A DNA stretch of 63,336 nucleotides, filler included, from Octopus bimaculoides (taxonomy: Eukaryota): the NCBI RefSeq assembly GCF_001194135.2. It is 8 parts of 6 records of this genome, joined end to end, with 100 filler letters (N's around TTAATTAATTAA, not from the genome) between each part and the next. Parts side by side here need not be neighbours in the genome. Positions count along the whole stretch, not along the records: positions 19,686 to 34,439 come from NC_068981.1; positions 34,540 to 45,291 come from NC_068999.1; 6 more parts are not named here. One strand, given 5' to 3'. The notes under the pieces were generated by a model. It saw only the letters and a program-made list of their open reading frames with translations, was not told where the DNA came from and ran no database searches. How positions within the stretch are numbered: position 1 is the stretch's first letter; each line of letters opens with the position of its first letter. The position numbers and the translations under genes are program-made. This document shows, piece after piece, positions 26,117-40,190 of this stretch.

Positions 26117-27220
26117 GAGTCTGATATGTTTAATCGTCTTTTATTTGCTATGAAACAATATATCCATGGAGTACACGTTAATGGGAATTTACTTACCTCT
26201 TTGATTCTACAGTGGATGCATCATGGTAGAGATATCATATCTTTTCTAATTTATATTATCTATTTTGCTTTTCGTTGACACTTTAACGTCTGAATACCGT
26301 GTAGACGAATGACGTGATAAAGCCCACAGTAAAACGAATGTAATATTCCAATACCCAAATTAAATAACCTACCAAACAATCCTCATTTGGCGGTAGAATG
26401 CAAATTGAAAAGACAAAATTACAGGCACATTGCATGAAATTGGAAAATAAATTACAGCAAATAGTTAAACAAATATACTGCAAGAATATCAAGACAGGCA
26501 CATTGAGAATAGGGTAGACAATAGATATTGTAGACAAGGGAGCAAGTTCTACCAAAGAGGTTGCTGACACATAGTAGAATATGATATAGGTTCCATGTCT
26601 TCTCTATTTCCAGAGAGGACAAAAACAATAAGTATCTTCTTTCTAAGGCGGCTGGAGGTACTTTCAAAGCAGCCACTACGTGAACATTACACAGCTTTTT
26701 CCTAGCTTCAGTGTAGTATGAGACTGCTTGCTGTGTTTACAAAATCAAAACACATGTTCAACCTATAGGCAGTGTGAAATTCGGCTTTAACTCTGCTCAT
26801 ACATTTGTAAAGCAGTAACTGAGGCAAAATTATTGGGATGATATCAGGGAAGGTAGAAATGATGTTGACCCGTGTTTGGTAATTATGTTTATATCGCAGA
26901 ACGGGCGCAGACGTGATGGAGGTAGACATGTTTTTTTTTGTTTTTTTTTAAGTGAGATAAAGCTGGATTTGTGCAAATTCTAATGAGTCCCCAAAGCCAC
27001 CAGGCAAACTAGAGCAGTGTTCACATGAGAAGTAATGACACAGGCAAAAATAACTAGATTGTATAGATGCGATGGAGAATTAAAACGTCCTTTAAGAACT
27101 TTGTTCTGTCCTAAAGACCTGGGAAAGGGAAGTATGCACATGGGAGGAATACAGAGGTGTGATCACTCAATGTATCAATAGTGTCAGTCACAACCGGAAA
27201 ATAACATTTTATGTGTTATA

Positions 27221-27350
27221 GATACAATCGATTTTGTACTTTTTTGTATAGAAACACTTTCGTAGTTTTGTAGATACAATCACTTTTGTAGTTTTGTAGA
27301 AATAAACAATTTGGAAGTTTTGTAGAGACAAACAATTTAGTTGTGTTGTC
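27221..27350 (+). repeat. Degenerate ~25-bp minisatellite, about 5 units
   Basis: The recurring unit is close to GATACAATCACTTTTGTAGTTTTGTA. Confidence 0.75.
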
Positions 27351-29801
27351 GTTATCAAAATAATTTTAGTTTGTAGAGCTGGTTTCCAAGAGTCATTTTA
27401 TCATTAAATTTGAGACAGACAACATGTTTACATTCTGCAATACGTTTTCATTTGTGTTCGATAATCCCTAACGTTAATATGAACAGGTATTTTCTATTTA
27501 TGCTATCATTTGTGTCTTGCCTTTACAAATGAGTTTGTAATACTAGGTATTCCAATCACTTAACTATCAGTTTATTAAACCGAAACTGAATTTTGGGAAT
27601 GTTTTAGCTAATGTCTCTATGCTTAATGCATCATTTCCTGTACTGTCTTCTGCTTCTAATATTTTTCTGATTCTTCTGGAGTACTACTTTCTAATTTTCT
27701 TCATTTGTGCGTTGCATTCAATCTGAACCTAATTGTTAGCATGAGTTGTATATTGTAATTTTCAGTTTAATATGATTGCATCTATGTTAACATTCTCAGT
27801 TTTAATTAATTACGTCTTCTTACAGTAGTTTTGGTATATTTGCCAATAAATAGTTACTAGTAGTTTTCTGATTGAACATTTCCGTTGTAAATGTTTTAAA
27901 TCATCAAATTAGTGGCTGTAATTTTACACCTTGCTACACATATAATATACTGAATTTTAAACTTGCTTCTCATGGTTACAATGCAATTTTGCTTCAAAAA
28001 CCTAGATTTTCCATGTTTTATAAATAATCTCCAGCCATATACTTATAAAATATAGTATTCATATTGTTGTTACAATTATTATAATTAATATGTACTCCGG
28101 TATAGTAGATTAAGACGTTTAATCAAGTGGCTACTGTTTTGTCGACAACTCTGCTTCAGGTAAATTGAATGAAGATAAATTTTCAAAAACTGATAATTTG
28201 AATTTAACTATTTTTTTTGTAAATACTGTTTTCATAAATATATTTTTTCTTTAAATAAGATACATTTCGTTTACGTAATTATGTTGTATATTCATGCTGC
28301 TGTAATTTTCGTAAATGCTATTATAATTTCTTAATATCTTAATGAGACGGAAATAGAATAATCAGAATAAATGAAATATGAATTAACCAAAAATTCTTTA
28401 TCTGAAAATAAATTTGAGTATAATGAAATTAAATGAAAAATACTCATATTATTGAAATATATGCCGTATATGCTTAATTACTTCTCGGCGATATATTTTG
28501 TCTGATTAAACAACGTTAGCACATAACAAAGACATCTACAATAATTATAAGAAAACTAAATATAAGTGCAGGATAACATTCTGCTTAAGGGAATATGAAG
28601 CTGATAGAAGAGAATAATTCTACATGCTTGGAATATAGAATCTTATATTAAGCATTTTTATATAATTGTTTATTAAACACATAGCGACAAAGAAATGTAT
28701 ATACAAATTTCTATTCGTAAACTGAAAATCAACAATGTAAAAGTTGCACATAAAATATAAAATCTATGACAAATATCACCAGTATAAAATAGAGAGAAAA
28801 CATATTTTTTCCCCAATGCCTATGTTTTCTTGTTTCATAATTGGTACAAAGCTGTCAAGCAAGCTGGCAGAGAGGCAACATAGCATCTTCAATGATAGAA
28901 TAAAGTCGAACGTTTGGTGAAACGAAAATAACGAGGTACTTGAAATAACTTGCAACATTGTGTAAAACGAAGCGTTGCATTGTGTTGCTAATTATTTCGT
29001 AAAATATATTGCTTTCTTGTTGATTTCTTTAAACTTTTCCCTTCTCTTTGTTGTCTTTAAATTTATTATTTATTCACTTAACGTTTTCCTCTCTATTTGT
29101 TTATATATTGTTTACTTTCATTATCAATTTCAATTTTTATTGTTTTCTTTTAATTTTAGTTTCACTTTCAGAGTAATTAGAAATTAACAGATACATGCAT
29201 CATCAAAATATATTGCTTTTGTTTTTCTCACTCTGATTGATTAAAACTTAAAATAAATTTCCTCCTATTCCACGCTTTATCAGTTTCTTTGCTTTTCGTT
29301 CCTTCTAACAATTTAAAGAAAATATTTGTAATTAAATTTAGAAATGTGAACTAATGAAAAAATGCGAATAGAAGGAAAGAAAAAATTGAAGATAAATAAT
29401 GAGGTGAGAAGTAAATAAAAGATTGTATTATTTCTTGGCTAGTAATTTCCTATACATTCCATCAGAGGTAATCTTCGTCAAAATTTGTCATTTTAAATAA
29501 TATAATCAAAAGTAGAATAAGTATAAAGGCATGAAAGACGTTCGTAGCTAGAGCTTTAGAATTGTTGCATGCATTTTCATTTAGTATCTACTTTGTTTAT
29601 ATACTGATAAATCCTGTGATCTATAATGAAAGCTGTGTTTCGTTAAGATCACTGAAACCATCACGTACAAAATAATCTGGAAAAATATGTTGAAACAATT
29701 GATATTACATTGAAATAGTTTCATATGTTTCTAGAATTCAATGTTGCAATGATTAAAAGTACGTGTATCTCTATAAAGTGATCGATACATAAAACACACG
29801 T

Positions 29802-29849
<48 letters not shown>

Positions 29850-32576
29850 GCACACACACACATACACACACACATAGTCATATACATCTGTCCTACCAGA
29901 ATCATCTGGCACAGTTTATGCTACGGCACCAGACGTGTTAAGAAACATTGTTTGCCATGCTCGCAGCACAGGAAACTAATAGTAGCATATAAAAAAACAT
30001 GTATTTTGTTTATTAAGTAACATTGATCTCTTACAGTCACGGAACAATACATTACACACACACACACACACACACACATACACACACACACACATGTATA
30101 TATGTACGCTTGCATGTTTGTATGTGTGTATATATGTATTATTTATTTTCACATAGCCATACAATCACGGATTCACGAAAAGTGTAAAAGGAATGTTCAA
30201 GAGAATTTATGATACGTAATTTATAACGGAAAAAATTCATTCACCAGCAGCTATAAAAGTGATGATGAATGAAATACAAGAATGAAACATATATTGCAAG
30301 GACTCCGGTCATCTAAGATTAATTTCCTAACAATAACTACTCAGTAAATACAAGGGGCGTTCGTTAAAGATTTCCTCTGACTCACATCTGTGCAATAAAG
30401 CATTAATCATGTTTCGTTCTGATGGTGCAAATGGTAAATGGAACAATTTGAGGACTCAGTTTTCGTGAGTGCTTGTGGATCATTGACTGTGAATTTTCAT
30501 ATGAATACCTATGCACATGTGCATGTCTGCATGCATCTGTTTGTGTTGTGCTTTCAAACACTGAATGGCTTGAGTCGGAAGTGCCTTAGCACTCCAAGTG
30601 GCTTAGATCTATGTAAGGCAGTGGAATTAATTCCTCCAGACACCTTTCAGAAAAATAAAGACAAGTGAGAAAGCGAGGAATAAAAGAAGAATCTACATTA
30701 ATATATAGGTTCGAGAGACTAAAAGTGAAACTTATTTTGGCGGTATTTGATGTGAGAAACCTTCAAATAGCTCTGCGAAATGCTGATAAATCAGCCAAAT
30801 CACAGTCTCCTCTCTACGTTAGTTTTCTCATAGAGTACAAAGACTGTATGGAACAACTATTACTCTTGCTAGTCCAGATTATTGGCTACACGTTGAAATA
30901 TATAGACTTGTTAATTTACTTATACAAGTGTATGGGAAACATGCATTAATGCATATATATTATTGTATGATGTATTGCAATAATGAAAAATTGCAGTAAG
31001 GATGAAAGTAGTAGAATAAATGTAGCCGAGACAGGTGTCTCATCGGTGCCAATGGCAATAAATGTAAAATAGTATATTTATAATCTGTTCAATTAGTTTA
31101 ATTTTAATTACTAGATTAAACGGTGACATTACGTAGTGTCACATATAAACGTTAATTAATCAAGTTTATATTCAACTGTCTATTTAATGAATGACATTAG
31201 AAACATTGCATTAATGATAACTTGCATTACTCATATGCTCTTCGCTAAATCTATCCGTAAATTATTTTCAGAATTAGGTTGCGCCAATTTATTTATTTAT
31301 TTATTTCGCGTGTTGGGTATACACATTTGAATCTATGGCTGTTACATTATATTCTAAATCATTAGTGTATCACACTGTAGTTATTTGATACGTAATGAAC
31401 TGAAAATCTAAATTTGTTGTAAGCAGAGATAGTCGTATAACATTGACGATAATTTCCATGCGTGTTGATCATTGATTTAACTGCTTTCTTGAGTACACCT
31501 CTGCAGTCTCTGAAGATTAGTCTAAATATAGGAGTAACTATATTAATGAGACTTCAAAACAAACGAATTAATTAAGTCAGCATCTGACTTGCCAGTGAAT
31601 AAGAGAACGACCCCATGTGCCAATTCCAACAGTAAATCCTAATTGATTTAAATTGTTAATACTGATCAAGAAGAAAAAAATGCAATCTGATAGCTAAGTT
31701 ATTACATGGCTCATTCTTTTCATTTGACATTTTCTCACTCTATGAAATGGTTTAGATTCACAATAGGAATATTTAGGACGCTTAATTTTCATTCACTCTT
31801 GGTATTAATAGCTTTCGTTCATGCATCATACGTTTCGATCTTTGTTCATAACATGACACATTTTACTAGCATTTTAAACCAATTTGAAAATAAGTACTTA
31901 AATTAGCTTTAGGCAAAACAGTGGAGAACGCGAAGATAGAGTATCCACATCACAATTGTTAACCTGCGTTGGAAAGAATAGAAAACATAATAATTGGAAC
32001 ACTCATCTGGCGACTATGTGTACCCAAATTTCTCAAAACTATTCATTTTGGTTAATATCAGATGTGAATGATTGAGGAGAGGAACTATTCGATGTTATTA
32101 GATAATTTATAGAGAGTAACACTGTATGAATTTAAATAGTGCTTATGGACATCGTTCACCGAAAACGAAATAAGCGTGAAAGAGTACACGACTGGAAGAA
32201 AAAGCATGACAAATAACTGTTAAATGGAAAATAGTTATTTATCAAAATTATTCATTTTCAATATTAATAAAGTAGAATGAATTATTAATGATTGTAATTT
32301 TCATCGATTGATCACAGTTACGTGGAGATTGTAATATGTGTAAAGATATGCATATGAATGTATATGTGATCAGCTCTCTCTCTNNNNNNNNNNNNNNNNN
32401 NNNNNNNNNNNNNNNNNNNNNNNNNNNNNNNNNNNNNNNNNNNNNNNNNNNNNNNNNNNNNNNNNNNNNNNNNNNNNNNNNNNNNNNNNNNNNNNNNNNN
32501 NNNNNNNNNNNNNNNNNNNNNNNNNNNNNNNNNNNNNNNNNNNNNNNNNNNNNNNNNNNNNNNNNNNNNNNNNNNN

Positions 32577-32650
<74 letters not shown>

Positions 32651-33854
32651 TTCATATACCATATCCATATAAAATTATTCATTTGCAGCAACGCATTTCA
32701 TTCACTTGGTAATTAATTACGCACTGAAGCATTAACGGGATAATCTTACCATGTCCGAAGCAACACCTATAATTATTCTTTAGTCTCTTTAATTTCCCTG
32801 TTTCATTCATTCATAATATATCGCCGCTTTGCAATGGAGTTGGATATATCTCGTGAAACTATTGTTAACTTATATTACACGAATATTGATATATTAAAGA
32901 TTTCTCTGTTATTGTAAATATCTACATACGCTATGTCTTTCTTTCCTTTTCCTTCACTATCTCTATCTTTCATTCTTTCTTTTCCCCTATCCCCACCTTC
33001 CACTTCATATATCTGTCAATGTATTATTGAAATTTTTTCTCGATGTATATATGTATAAGTAGATTAATATATTTCATCATTTTCTGTCCCATTTGTTTAC
33101 AAATTTACTGTGCATCTATATATCAAAATACAAATTTCAATTTCCTCTTCAATTTTCTTAAATGTCATAACAAAATGTTTCACATTTAGATATGGGTTCT
33201 TCCACCTTAATCATATGATGATGTCAAATAGACATATAGTTTCCCTCTCAATGTTAAAATTCATTTTTCCATGATCTGTTTAAATGTGATATTGTGAAAA
33301 TTATGTTTAAATTCCTTGAAGTTTCTATGAAACAGAATTAAGAATGAATTAGTACAATCACTGAGATGGAACAACTTCAATATTGTGTTTTTGTCTCGGC
33401 ACTAGTGAGGATAGAATTAAGAGGATTTGCACAGATGCTATCGAAAATAACTATTAAAGGTAATGTTAAGGACGTAAGAAAAAATTCTGAAGACATGATT
33501 TTGAATCCAGAGTCAATTTTTTATGTGACCATAAAAGGAATTGGGCATATGGATTAAAGCATAGAAAGAACATTCTTAATTTATAACTGTAAGCATTTCT
33601 CTTTACAAATGCATTTCGTTGAAAATAATCTTGTTCTACCAAACGTAACTAATAACATATGCATATGTGTCAAAGCTCTACAGTGTCTAGCTCTCCAAAC
33701 TTGTAAGTACATCAACTTACTATCCGAATAACTTTTGACCAAATGACTAATTCTCTGTAATACGAACACTGACACAAATGCACAAACACACGCACGTACA
33801 CACAAAAACACACACGCACACGAGTGTGCGTGCGCGTATGCATAGTTCAAACTC

Positions 33855-34060
33855 GCCGGTGATAGTTGACCTGTTTCCCGAAAACCTCAGGAACTTTAAA
33901 CGCGGCAAACATATGTCCGTCTCCCGCCAATTCCACTCGACCTGTCTTTCCCTAAAACATCCGTATGTGTTAAAACTGGCCTTGTACAGAGACCGCATGC
34001 ATTCCCACCTCCGTCGAGAGAAGGAAATTATCTTCTCCCTCTATTTTTCACATCGATACA
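33855..34060 (+). mobile_element. Penelope-like GIY-YIG endonuclease C-terminal remnant
   Basis: VDLFPENLRNFKRGKHMSVSRQFHSTCLSLKH..HLRREKEIIFSL resembles the PLE pattern DRF.EHLR....VS.HF...H....R..E...IF.L. It has the same C-rich plus strand as 24530-25575. Confidence 0.55.
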
Positions 34061-34378
34061 TCCGTGTTCATTTGCATATACTACGCACCTCCCACATTCC
34101 ACTGTCCCTCCTCCTCCGACACCTACACACCTTCTCTACACATTACCCGCAACACGTGCACTATTCTTCCCCTGCAGCATATACATACGCATAAATACAA
34201 CCCTATTCCACATGACACCTCAGCCCAGGTCGACCTACATACATCCCCTACAACCCTATATACATCAGATAGCCTCACATACAAGCGCCTTTAAACGATA
34301 TACACACACATGATCCTCATATACACTCATGCTTGCACACAGACATAAATACGCACACAGAAACACACACACACACAC

Positions 34379-34439
<61 letters not shown>

Positions 34440-34623
34440 NNNNNNNNNNNNNNNNNNNNNNNNNNNNNNNNNNNNNNNNNNNNTTAATTAATTAANNNNN
34501 NNNNNNNNNNNNNNNNNNNNNNNNNNNNNNNNNNNNNNNCTTCCTTCCCCCTCCCAAAAAGAAAAGCTCTACATTGTATTTGTCCCATCTTCGTTGAGCC
34601 CTGTGTGGCTAATAAAAGAAATG

Positions 34624-34694
<71 letters not shown>

Positions 34695-34747
34695 ATCTAT
34701 GTATCTATCTATCTATCCATGACAATGTGGCAAGAATGATCCATTGG

Positions 34748-34960
34748 AAGGCTGCAAGCTGGCCGAATCGTTAGCACGCCGGGTGAAATGCTTAGCAGTA
34801 TTTCTTCTGTCTTTACATTCTGAGTTCAAATTCCGCCGAAGTCGACTTTGCCTTTTATCCTTTCAGGGTAGATAAATTAAGTACCAGTTGTGTACTGGGT
34901 TCGATCTAAACGACTGGCCCCCCCTCCCCTAAGATTTCGGGCCTTGTGCCTAGAGTAGAA
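34748..34960 (+). mobile_element. SINE family A, full length, with 16-bp target-site duplication
   Basis: AAGAATGATCCATTGG occurs at both 34732-34747 and 34961-34976. Confidence 0.92.
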
Positions 34961-35034
34961 AAGAATGATCCATTGGGAACTCTATGGAAATCACGGACTA
35001 CAAAGAGCAAAGACGTGGTACCAGTATTAAATAA

Positions 35035-35285
35035 GTACCAGTTAATCACCGAAAATAAGAATTGCAAAATCCTGGGGGATGCAATGATCCAGTACGATCA
35101 CCTGACCAGATGTCGGAAACCGGATATTGTTGTGGTAAATAAAAAAGAAAGAACGCGTATGATAATCGACATAGCATGCCCCGGTGGCAACAGGATCAAT
35201 ATAAAAGAAGAAGCAAAAATAAAACAACTACGACGATTTAAAGTGGGAAATACGAAGGTTGTGGTCAATGAAGAAAGTAGACGGC
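35035..35285 (+). mobile_element. RLE-type LINE (R4/Dong-like) restriction-like endonuclease fragment
   Basis: KILGDAMIQYDH..RKPDIVVV..IIDIACPG..KEEAKIK, then after a frameshift NYDDLKWEIRRLWSMKKV. This is the PD-(D/E)xK-type REL motif. Confidence 0.85.
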
Positions 35286-36892
35286 TATGGATGCCATTGA
35301 TATCATATCAACACCACCGTGTCGATACGAATACTAACTCGACCACCGAGTTTTTCCATACATTTTTTCCTGTGATACACCAATATCCACCGTCCGTGAT
35401 CATTCAGTGTTTCGAGTCTGTCAACATCAGACACTCGCACTGAGGCAATCCAACCGAGATTGATCAAGGCCCGGCCTATGTCCAGTTAGCATCACTACTT
35501 CTAATTGCGCTGCCCCTTCCAGGGCTCACACCGCTTGATCCACAACCACCTTGAAGCAATCTGCGCTGCCTCCACATCCAACCCAATGGCCTTCTATCTA
35601 GTGGACCCCGTGACGCCAAACATATAACTCTACAGAGGGACTGACCAGTAAACCCTATCAAATCTAAGAGCTGTCTAAAGAGAGGTTGCTATTCTCACTT
35701 CACTTTAAGTCTTTGCATTTACATATAAGTTTATTCCGGTGCTATGTAATACCAGCGAAGATCCTTCTGCCAGCTTTCTGAAGCTTTTAAACAGAACTTC
35801 TCCAAATTACTTTGCGGTTAAATAGATTCGATGACGGGTATCATTTTTGTCGGAAAAATTGCTCTTCCAGATAGCAATTGTTTCTCCAATTCCTATGATG
35901 CTTCTCGATTTTCTGAAGATATTAAAAACAAGCAAAAAACTACCACAGCAGAGAACAATGTAATTGTAAGCAAACAATTGACGCTGTCATAACCACCATT
36001 AAATTCGCGCGCACACACACGCACACACACACACACACACACACATTTACGCACATACATACATGCATATATATATGTATATATATATATATATNNNNNN
36101 NNNNNNNNNNNNNNNNNNNNNNNNNNNNNNNNNNNNNNNNNNNNNNNNNNNNNNNNNNNNNNNNNNNNNNNNNNNNNNNNNNNNNNNNNNNNNNNNNNNN
36201 NNNNNNNNNNNNNNNNNNNNNNNNNNNNNNNNNNNNNNNNNNNNNNNNNNNNNNNNNNNNNNNNNNNNNNNNNNNNNNNNNNNNNNNNNNNNNNNNNNNN
36301 NNNNNNNNNNNNTATATATACGTGTGAGTGTGTAGTATTAATACTCAACTATATATGCACACACACACTCACACATTACCTCTGTGTACGTATAAATAAC
36401 AATGCTTTTTTCGACGTGAATTGGGAAAAAAAACTTCCAAACCATTCTTATGTTAAAAGTTATTGACGATATTACTCTGAGATTACCTGAACATATATGA
36501 TAGCAACAACATATTGGACTATAAACCCCTGCTTGCAAATAGAAGTTATTATGTAGAGTTATATCGAAATTATCATTCCGAGAAAGAAAAAAAAACCATC
36601 TGGAAGATACCCACAGCGTACACGGTAATGGAATATCTAAATATAAGCAAGCGATATGGATAACAAAATAGAAACGTTAGAAAAAAAAAACAAAGAAAAA
36701 AAAAACTGCGCTGCAGAATCAGATATTTAAGTACCATTATAACGCATAGAGTGAATAATGTATTCGTATCACACCAACTACATTGTATGAAAATGTCTGA
36801 TAAAAGTCCTTTGTGGTTTTACGCGACAAACTCTTGAAGGGAAGTTAGTGATTTTAAAACGTGAATTCAAAACTCTGAGCGAAAAACTACGA

Positions 36893-37060
36893 TAGGCGGA
36901 GGCACGGTTGCGTGACTAAGAAGATCGTTGTGCAACTATGTGGTTTTGGATAAAATATTAGTGAGGTACTGTAGGCAAATGTCTTCTACTACAGTAGCTC
37001 TGGGACGATCGATGTCTTGTGAGTGAATTTGGTAGGCAGAAAGCCCATCACGTGTATCTG
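36893..37060 (+). mobile_element. SINE family B, degenerate 5' half
   Basis: Contains GGCAAATGTCTTCTACTA and CTTGTGAGTGAATTTGGTAGGCAGAAA, shared with other family B copies. Confidence 0.6.
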
Positions 37061-37147
37061 TATCTAAATACGTTCTTTTATTCTTTTATTTATTTTTTTA
37101 CGTAATTTTATTGCAGCCATGCTGGAGCACTGCCCTTTAGTGAGAAG

Positions 37148-37191
<44 letters not shown>

Positions 37192-37635
37192 GGTATATAG
37201 ATATGGTACTTCGTCGGTCTTCACGTTCTGAGTTCAAATTCCGCCGGGTGCAGTGAATAAACTGTCGTCTAAATTACGCAAAATGGAAAATAACACTGAC
37301 ATCTCATTTTAACAAATATATTTACCAAAATTACATCTCATCAATCGTCTTCTACAATAAGTAGCGCTTTCTCCACGTAGGTGGCTAGTATTATATCATC
37401 TCAACTCAGGCTCACCCGGCTAATTCATCTCTTCTCTTGCCACCCGTATCATGTTTATTTTCAGGACCAGCATCAACCTGTATGCTCAGCCATTTCTCCC
37501 TAGAACTTTATGTATGAGTGGGATATCGTAACTACTGACAAACAATAAGTTTAAAATTTTCTGTTGCTTGTACCAAAGAAGTTAGACATATTCCAAGCCT
37601 TCGTTCCTATATATACCTTCTTATCACTTTGCTTT

Positions 37636-37683
37636 TTCTACTGTTACTATAATGGTTATTTCTACTGTTACTATAATGGTTAT
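37636..37683 (+). repeat. Exact 24-bp tandem duplication
   Basis: TTCTACTGTTACTATAATGGTTAT x2. Confidence 0.95.
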
Positions 37684-38682
37684 TTCTTCTGGAAACTGGT
37701 TAGTATGGTACCTTCTCGACTTAGCTACACTTGGATAATTCAACTCTTCTTTTTCCCCTTTATTGTGTCCGTTTTCGGCCCCCACACTAACCTCTGTTAT
37801 CCAGTCCTTTCTCTCAAGAACATCAGGTCTCTGTACTTGTTTTTCTTGCAGCTATCGACTTAAACTTTTGAAAGGGGAGTTTTAACCCTATCAATCTCAC
37901 TATCCCAGAGAGCCTGCTATAGCCAAGGGCACCATCTCTTCCACCAGACCCAATACAACAAAGCATATTAAAAAACAACAACAATAGCCAGTGCGTATAT
38001 ATATGGATCGAGTAAAAATAGATTCGGAAAATTTTCAACAAGATTTAGATTGACCACAACAGTTTTATCGAATATGTCGCTGCTAAAAGACAAAATGCTC
38101 ATATTTTCGTCCCCGGCGTGCTTCTTATTTTTCAACTATCGTCCTCTTCCTTTTACTAACGCTTTTAAATGACCCCCTTGTTAAAATTAAAATTAAGTAC
38201 TCTAGAAAAATTGCTACTGCCAGTTGGATCGCCATTAAAAGGTTACTTGCGCATAACTCATTTCATCACCGTAGTGGGCAATGTCAAGATGACATTGCAA
38301 CGGGTAATGATGCCAGATAATTTATCGGCAGAAAAAATTACAAATATTATTAAAAATTAAGGCAATTAAACGATGCATATGTTGCTCTCCAACATCCCCC
38401 ATCCACTTCGTTCCCCAAACCGTTACAAAATTATCCACTTCATCATAGGACAGTTCCGCCTACTTTGAAAAGCACTGATTATAATGTGGTTGTAAAGGGC
38501 ATGGCCACTTTGAAATTAAAATCCGCGAATTGGCTCATTCTTATTGCTTGTATGTCATTAGCTGGGCGAGAAACGGGTTTCCAAAATTCTAACAGAAAAT
38601 TTTTGAAGTGGCAACACTTGCCGAAAAAATCTTGTATAAAAAATCTTGTATGAAAAATCTTGCGATAAAAAGGGTAAAGACC

Positions 38683-39010
38683 TCCTTCGGTCACGAATGA
38701 CCATAAGATTGCACCTAGAGAGTCCGTCTTCCGAGGTGCAAGTCCAGGCAAGGTTCTTTATGGAAGACCAGCAGTCGCCCAAGCATACTAGCCTCTCCAC
38801 TCCACGCTACCGATGTTGCTCAGAGGTAAGGCAAAAGACGACACAGATTGGCACCAGTGACGTCGCAACTAATTTCTATAATTGAATAAACTGGAGTACG
38901 TGAAATTAAGTGTCTTGCTCTAGAACACAACACACTGTCCGGTTCTGGAATCGAACTCACTACTTCATTATTGTGAGCCCGATGCTCTAACCACTGAGCC
39001 ATACACCTTT
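38683..39010 (-). mobile_element. tRNA-headed SINE, family E (head related to family D, different body)
   Basis: The minus head is ATGGCTCAGTGGTTAGAGCATCGGGCTCACAATAATGAAGTAGTGAGTTCGATTCC (A and B boxes). It is followed by GTGTTGTGTTCTAGAGCAAGACACTTAATTTCACG, shared with family D. Confidence 0.8.
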
Positions 39011-39837
39011 ACTTTCCGCATACGTATACCACATGGTCTGTCTCCATGCACTCCTCCACACGTATATGTATATATACATACACTTGCGTCTACTTGATTG
39101 ATCGTTTGCTTATGTATTACTAGTTATATCATCACCAATATGTATATATATACATACACACATGTATATATATGTGTCTATCTATATATCATGAATATTA
39201 TCGAACAAATTCGTATGCCAAAATCTCTGGTCTCGTACTTGCCTATAATAAATAAAAAATTAAATCAAAACCAAAGACATTTTGGTTATTAAATATAATT
39301 AAATCGTTATTGTAACATTTTGTAGAAAGTGAAATAATTTATATTGAATTTTCTATGACATGGGAATAAATTAGACAAATCAAATCAAATCAATTCGATT
39401 GATTTATTAAGACTAATCGAATTTAAACTGATTTTATTACTGCATCAACCAGGTGTTGGATTCGATGAAACTACTAAAATGATTGTCAAAGCATTGTAAC
39501 CATGCTGTTAACTTGAAATAAAATATATTGTTATACCTGTTTCAAGTACAGGTGGGATTAACGTTTGTCTACAGTAAATATTAATGCTTCTTTTTTATCA
39601 AAAAGAAGCTTGCTTTACAGCCACACAGCTACGAGTTCAATCCCTCTGCGTGAGACCTTGGCCACGCAGGGACCAAGGTGCCGACTCATGTCTTGTAAGG
39701 TCCCAGGCTGACCTAAGTCTTGCAAGTGAATTTTCTAGGGAGGAAACTATGTGAAAACCTGTTGTACCTATTAAGAATTTCCCTTAGTAGATTGTTTTAC
39801 TGACTTCCAGCAATTTTTATTCCCTTATACATAAACG

Positions 39838-40190
39838 TCATCGATATCATCGTCGTCGTCATCATCATCATCATCGTCATCCTGACCATCATTATCATCG
39901 TTATCCTCGCTATCGTCATCACCACCGCCGTCATTATCGTCGTCATGGGCATCGTGATCATCATAATCGCCGTCATCGTCATCGTCATCGGACACGTTCC
40001 TCATCGTCGTCGTCGTCTTCCGCTTTAAAGAGAATACAAAATAATGGAATGGTTAGAACGTCTTTTATCATAAGAATTTACAAGAACAAGAATTCGAATA
40101 ATAACAACAGCAACAGCAGCAGCAGCAACAACAACAACAGTAGCAGCAGCAGCAGCAGCAGGAACAACAACACCAGCAACAACAGCTCTA
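39838..40190. repeat. Imperfect trinucleotide tracts (TCA/TCG)n and (CAG/CAA)n
   Basis: Direct reading. The tracts explain the Met/Thr-rich and Asn/Ser-rich ORFs. Confidence 0.9.

Noticed and set aside
30438-33557. Two ORFs beginning MEQFEDSVFVSA (30438) and MEQLQYCVFVSA (33366)
   Set aside because: The similarity stops after 12 codons and the Ser codons are of different families (AGT vs TCG). Nucleotide identity is low, so chance among a few hundred ORFs is plausible.
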